DNA of 64,000 nucleotides from an uncultured cyanobacterium (GTDB lineage Bacteria; Cyanobacteriota; Cyanobacteriia; Cyanobacteriales; CAWCAG01): NCBI GenBank assembly GCA_963803805.1, contig CAWDOD010000002.1, positions 992,001 to 1,056,000 of the forward strand, read 5' to 3'. Shown piece by piece: positions 59,769 to 64,000 of this stretch (position 1 is its first letter; each line of letters starts with the position of its first letter). The notes under the pieces were generated by a model. It saw only the letters and a program-made list of their open reading frames with translations, ran no database searches and was not told where the DNA came from. The position numbers and the translations under genes were made by a program.

Positions 59769-61091
59769 CTAAGAATCTTCTAACTTATATTTACCACCCT
59801 TTTCTGGATCACTCCAGTCACAACCAAAACCTTTGGTGTCAGGAACATATTGGTTCCAGGGTACAGGATCAACTGGACCTTCACTAGCCCAAACGATTTC
59901 AAATAGACCATCCTCACGTACTTCACCAATTCTTACAGTTTGAGAAATGTGATGATTGGCTTTCATTTCTACTGGTCCTTGAGGTGCGTCAAATGTTTGA
60001 CCAATAGCTGCTTCCCTTACCTTTTCAAGATCGGTAGTACCAGCTTTTTCTACAGCCTGACTCCAGAGATATACCATAATGTAAGCAGATTCCATGGGAT
60101 CGTTGGTTACTCGGTCTTCACCATACTCTTCCTTAAATGCTGCAACAAATTTTTCATTTTCTGGGCTTTCAACGGTTTGGTAATAGTTCCAGGCTGCGTA
60201 GTGACCTTCAAGAAAATCTGTACCGATGGTACGGACTTCTTCTTCGGCGATACTTACTGACATTACAGGATACTTATCTGCTGTAAGGCCGGCACTCTTC
60301 ATTTGTTTAAAGAAGGCTACGTTACTGTCCCCATTGAGGCTATTAAAGATTACGCCACCATCAGGTAAAGCTTGTTTGATTTTGGTAATAATTGGGGTAA
60401 CTTCGGTATTGCCTAAAGGTAAATAATCTTCCCCAACTGTTTCACCATCTTTCGCTTTAAGCTGTTCTTTAATAATTGTATTAGCAGTACGAGGGAAAAC
60501 GTAGTCAGAACCCACTAGGAAAAACTCTTTGCCCTTGTTTTCCAATAACCAATCTACCGCAGGTTCAATTTGTTGATTAGGTGCTGCCCCAGTGTAGAAG
60601 ATATTTTTAGAGCATTCTTGCCCTTCATACTGTACTGGATACCAAAGCATATGGTCTTTGGACTCAAAAACATCTAATACTGCTTTACGGCTAGCAGAAG
60701 TCCAACAACCAAACACCGTTACAACTTCATCTTGATCAATTAACTTAGTCGCTTTTTCTGCAAAGGTTGGCCAATCAGAAGCCCCATCTTCCTGGATGGC
60801 TTCAATTTGCTTACCTAAAACTCCCCCAGCTTCATTAATTTCTTTAATAGCTAGCATTTCCGCGTCTACTACAGTAGTTTCGCTAATAGCCATTGTGCCG
60901 CTAAGGGAGTGGAGAATACCAACTTTAATTGTCTCACCATCCCCGGCAGAAGTTGATGCTTCTGAACCTTCAGTTTCCTCAGTCCCTTCAGGTGCTTCTT
61001 CTGCGTCACCACAAGCTTTTAGCAATAAACTAGTTCCCAAAGCTGCGGAGCCATAAAACAAGAATTTCCGTCTTCCTAATCGTCCTACCAT
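59769..61091 (-). CDS. urtA: Urea ABC transporter substrate-binding lipoprotein
   Basis: Tat/lipoprotein signal (RRKFL...LKAC), [28 protein letters not shown]. Confidence 0.95.
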   Translation of the reverse strand: MVGRLGRRKFLFYGSAALGTSLLLKACGDAEEAPEGTEETEGSEASTSAGDGETIKVGILHSLSGTMAISETTVVDAEMLAIKEINEAGGVLGKQIEAIQEDGASDWPTFAEKATKLIDQDEVVTVFGCWTSASRKAVLDVFESKDHMLWYPVQYEGQECSKNIFYTGAAPNQQIEPAVDWLLENKGKEFFLVGSDYVFPRTANTIIKEQLKAKDGETVGEDYLPLGNTEVTPIITKIKQALPDGGVIFNSLNGDSNVAFFKQMKSAGLTADKYPVMSVSIAEEEVRTIGTDFLEGHYAAWNYYQTVESPENEKFVAAFKEEYGEDRVTNDPMESAYIMVYLWSQAVEKAGTTDLEKVREAAIGQTFDAPQGPVEMKANHHISQTVRIGEVREDGLFEIVWASEGPVDPVPWNQYVPDTKGFGCDWSDPEKGGKYKLEDS

Positions 61092-61178
61092 AATCTATCT
61101 CTTGTGTAATTGTACTTGTAACCGACTACTTTTCTTGTGAGGAGGAAAATACAGGGTTAATAGGTGGTTAAGCTTTGT

Positions 61179-61221
61179 ATGTTAATGTTTGTTCTGGGAA
61201 GTGTTTTGTAGCCTCGGATAC
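61179..61221 (-). promoter_or_regulatory. NtcA-activated promoter of urtA
   Basis: GTA-N8-TAC (GTAgcctcggaTAC, 61208-61221) with a TAACAT -10 box 23 nt downstream on the minus strand (61179-61184). Confidence 0.85.
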
Positions 61222-61282
61222 AAATTATCGCGTTTTTATTTGAGGTAAGTAATAAGTAATAAGTTAGGAATCTACTACTGTC

Positions 61283-61882
61283 TTAGCTAATTAAATGTAA
61301 TTTGATGAAATTTTCGATTTCGGTTAAACCTTGCTTCGTCTTCAAGTTAGTAAATACAAAAGGTTTTTCCCCTCGCATTTTCTTGGCATCCCTATCCATA
61401 ACAGTTAAATCTGCTCCTACTAAAGGGGCGAGATCGATTTTATTAATCACTAAAAGATCCGACTTGGTAATGCCTGGCCCCCCTTTACGGGGAATTTTAT
61501 CTCCTGCGGCGACATCAATAACATAAATAGTCAAATCCACAAGTTCAGGACTAAAAGTTGCCGCCAGGTTATCGCCGCCACTTTCGAGAAAAACTAGGTC
61601 TAAGTTTTTAAAAACTGTTTCTAGGTTTTCAATAGCACTCAAATTAAGAGAAGCATCTTCACGAATGGCTGTATGGGGACAACCTCCTGTTTCCACTCCT
61701 AGTATGCGATCGCTCTCTAAAGCTTGGGAACGTACTAAAAATTGGGCATCTTCTTGGGTATAAATATCATTAGTTACCACAGCAATTTGATAAGCCCCGC
61801 GCATTGCTTTACAAAGGGCATCTAACAAAGCTGTTTTACCTGATCCCACAGGACCAGCAATACCAATACGAAATGCTGTCAT
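61283..61882 (-). CDS. ureG: Urease accessory GTPase UreG
   Basis: [31 protein letters not shown]. Confidence 0.97.
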   Translation of the reverse strand: MTAFRIGIAGPVGSGKTALLDALCKAMRGAYQIAVVTNDIYTQEDAQFLVRSQALESDRILGVETGGCPHTAIREDASLNLSAIENLETVFKNLDLVFLESGGDNLAATFSPELVDLTIYVIDVAAGDKIPRKGGPGITKSDLLVINKIDLAPLVGADLTVMDRDAKKMRGEKPFVFTNLKTKQGLTEIENFIKLHLIS

Positions 61883-61962
61883 GTATGGTTGTGATTAAAA
61901 TGATGTGTAGTTTGGGTTACTGGTTTTTGCTAATTGCTAATTGTCAAAATACCAGATGCTTT

Positions 61963-61991
61963 GCGTAGGCAAAGCCCGCCGAAGGCATCGC
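61963..61991. mobile_element. 21-nt small dispersed repeat inserted in a HIP1 site (SDR5-like)
   Basis: GCG + TAGGCAAAGCCCGCCGAAGGC (21 nt) + ATCGC. Removing the 21 nt restores GCGATCGC. Confidence 0.7.
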
Positions 61992-62057
61992 AACTTATAA
62001 CCAAAACCTGCAATTTTTGATGAAAGGCCATAACAGAATTAATCTGTCTGAGCAATT

Positions 62058-62633
62058 ATGACATATATTGTAGAGCAACAAAAAGATCAACGGCTAATCC
62101 ACTCTGGAGTGAATTGGCATAGCTTCAAGTCAATTCAAGGAGGATTCGTAAACTCTCCAGGAATCCAACTTTTTTACTATAGGGGTGAGGTGGAAATCTT
62201 GGCTGTTTCCCAAGAGCATGAAGTTTTCAGTGGTGTTCTTGCACTTTTGTTAGGTACTTATTTTGTAGAAAAAGGAATTGAGTTCACCCCAACAGGTAGC
62301 TTTACCCAAGAGAAGGAGGCAGAGGTATCTGTACAAGCAGATCAATCTTACCTGATTGGTAAAACCTCTGGAGCGATCGCAGACCTTTCTATAGAAATTG
62401 TCTTTACCAGTGGCAACGAAAGTAAACTAAGGCGTTACCAAGCCTTAGAAGTGCCGGAAGTTTGGTTTTGGGAAGATGGTGTGTTTGCGCTGTATTATTT
62501 GCGAGGAGATGGTTACGAGAAAATTTCCCGAAGTGAAGTTTTGCCAGGTTTAGATATTAATTTGTTGTCTCGATGTCTGATGATGAGTTCTAAAGTTGAG
62601 GCAGTTAAGAAGTTTCGACGGGGTATTTCTTAG
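62058..62633 (+). CDS. Uma2-family (DUF820) endonuclease-fold protein
   Basis: QADQSY, DLSIEIVFTSG, Y..L.VPEVWFW. Confidence 0.9.
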   Translation: MTYIVEQQKDQRLIHSGVNWHSFKSIQGGFVNSPGIQLFYYRGEVEILAVSQEHEVFSGVLALLLGTYFVEKGIEFTPTGSFTQEKEAEVSVQADQSYLIGKTSGAIADLSIEIVFTSGNESKLRRYQALEVPEVWFWEDGVFALYYLRGDGYEKISRSEVLPGLDINLLSRCLMMSSKVEAVKKFRRGIS

Positions 62634-62675
62634 GCTGGGGAGTTGAACTAATAAAAGCTAGGAGGCAAACACATT

Positions 62676-63251
62676 ATGATTGCAGCAAAAGACAATTTAC
62701 CACAACTCACCCCAGAAGAGTACTTTGCTTGGGAAGAAAAGCAATTAGAAAAGCATGAGTATATTGATGGTGAAGTCTATGCCATGAGTGGCGGCAGCAA
62801 AAATCATAGTTTAATCTCCGTCAGATTCATTACTTTGCTTGCCAATCATCTAGAAGGAAGTAGCTGCGAAACTGGTAATTCAGACCTAAGAGTTAACATC
62901 GTTAAAACTAATGATTATACCTATCCAGATGTTAGCGTAACCTGTGATGAACGGGATAAGACAACGACTCAATACATAACCTATCCCTGTTTAATTGTTG
63001 AGGTTTTATCAAGTAGCACTGAAGCTTATGATAGAGGTGGTAAGTTTAGAATGTATCGTAAAAACCCCGTTTTAAAAGACTATTTATTAGTTAGCTCTAC
63101 CCGTAGGGAAATAGATTTATATCACAAAAATGATGCAGGTGAATGGGTGATTATAAATTACCAAGAAGGGGATACTATAGAACTCAAAAGTATTAACCTC
63201 AGTTTCCCTGTTGAGCAAGTTTATCGTGGTATTACTTTCACTCCAGAGTAG
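62676..63251 (+). CDS. Uma2-family endonuclease-fold protein
   Basis: EYIDGEVYAMSGG, YPDVSVTC, VEVLSSST..YDRG.K. Confidence 0.9.
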   Translation: MIAAKDNLPQLTPEEYFAWEEKQLEKHEYIDGEVYAMSGGSKNHSLISVRFITLLANHLEGSSCETGNSDLRVNIVKTNDYTYPDVSVTCDERDKTTTQYITYPCLIVEVLSSSTEAYDRGGKFRMYRKNPVLKDYLLVSSTRREIDLYHKNDAGEWVIINYQEGDTIELKSINLSFPVEQVYRGITFTPE

Positions 63252-63318
63252 GCAACAGGCAATAGACAAAAGGGAAAAAAGAAATTTGCCTCTCAATTTT
63301 AGTTTTCAATTGCATCAA

Positions 63319-63570
63319 TCATCCTAGCCTTCCTAATTCCCTTAAATTTTTCAAATCAAGTTCAAAGTCCTCAACATCATAAGAATAAAGAGGAATTTCG
63401 TGCTGTTTGAGAAGTTGACAAAAGTTCTTTGGTTGCATATGTGCCAACTGGCTAGCATAGCCTAAAGTTAACCGATTTGTTCGGAACAGATATAAGGCAA
63501 TTTCCTGGCAAAATTCCTTGGGTGTGAGTTGGGAAGCTTGTAGGATTTCGTCTGAAATAACGATACTCAT
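63319..63570 (-). CDS. UPF0175-family putative antitoxin
   Basis: MSIVISDEIL...EIALYLF....LTLG.AS.LA...YDVEDFELDL. ATG at 63570 preferred. Confidence 0.8.
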   Translation of the reverse strand: MSIVISDEILQASQLTPKEFCQEIALYLFRTNRLTLGYASQLAHMQPKNFCQLLKQHEIPLYSYDVEDFELDLKNLRELGRLG

Positions 63571-63666
63571 AAACAGGGGTTGTTTTATCAATTTTTCTTT
63601 AGCTTATCTCATCCTATCCCCGCGAAACTGACAGTTATGCCAGAGGTTTATGGCTTCAGATGAGTT

Positions 63667-63750
63667 TTAATTTTCGATTGCATCAATTTCCATCTGGGCA
63701 AAGTGTTCCATTAACATCCGATGCATGAAGATGTAGCAACCTCCTACTGT
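63667..63750 (-). pseudogene. C-terminal remnant of a cyanobacterial NACHT-type membrane NTPase gene
   Basis: Manual translation gives VGGCYIFMHRMLMEHFAQMEIDAIEN*, matching the VGGGYIF.HR.L.EHFA tail of that family. Confidence 0.7.
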
Positions 63751-63848
63751 TAACCAAGCCAACTGTGTGTCGTTGCTAAGGCAGTGTAGAATCTTATTTT
63801 ATAACTTTAAGGTATTTTGATCAGGAGAACGAATCTCACTCAATTAAC

Positions 63849-63998
63849 CTATTTAGTATTCCAACGATTGAAAAGTTCTTTATATTGCTTAGGCTTTATC
63901 TCATCAACGCTTGAACCTATGCGTTGATAAAATTTGTCATCATATGTGATTGGTTCTTCTTTAGCACTTAAACTAAACAACACCACAGTTTTATTTAA
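63849..63998 (-). CDS. 3' end of a gene entering from the right edge (possible Schlafen/AlbA_2-like tail)
   Basis: Open frame LNKTVVLFSLSAKEEPITYDDKFYQRIGSSVDEIKPKQYKELFNRWNTK*. Confidence 0.45.
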   Translation of the reverse strand, partial: LNKTVVLFSLSAKEEPITYDDKFYQRIGSSVDEIKPKQYKELFNRWNTK

Positions 63999-64000
63999 AT

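Noticed and set aside
2165-61265. Heptamer arrays as CRISPR or a novel repeat system
   Set aside because: They have no spacers and are ordinary cyanobacterial short tandem repeats. I saw no CRISPR array, tRNA or rRNA in the window.
1141-61526. Numerous short ORFs nested in or antisense to well-supported genes (e.g. 1141, 4203, 31976, 39995, 54898, 57318, 60796, 61302)
   Set aside because: No motifs; explained as shadow frames of real genes.
62058-63251. Tandem Uma2 genes as a defence system
   Set aside because: Uma2 genes are highly expanded in cyanobacteria, and nothing here links them to the island.

Overview
Cyanobacterial chromosome window (frequent HIP1 GCGATCGC octamers, heptamer tandem repeats, ndhM, urtABCDE with an NtcA box). 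The housekeeping backbone (aroK, rpsD, ureF, thiL, ndhM, leuD, a group-2 sigma factor, priA, urtABCDE, ureG) is interrupted by accessory regions. (1) A ~14 kb minus-strand island (41451-55430) encodes an SspABCD-like DNA sulfur-modification core (DUF4007, large P-loop ATPase, PAPS reductase, cysteine desulfurase). It is interleaved with an SF2 helicase, a MORC/GHKL ATPase and an HKD/PLD nuclease, plus a nested AT-rich HEPN-like + ATPase pair. This is the best candidate for an undescribed defence architecture. (2) Two paralogous cassettes 28 kb apart (10829-12917, decayed; 39255-41367, intact) each pair a putative effector carrying the DUF4157/eCIS-associated N-terminal motif with a WG-repeat protein. 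The intact one is flanked by a 30-bp duplication of the priA 3' end. (3) A Rieske oxygenase / alpha-oxoamine synthase / GNAT operon with a divergent MFS. (4) An AraC-COP23-protease-protease-VWD-CAP secreted-protein cluster. Also present: an IS982-family element, a PP2C gene split by one in-frame TGA, several gene remnants and short gene-end duplications. All calls come from motif reading only; no database searches were run.
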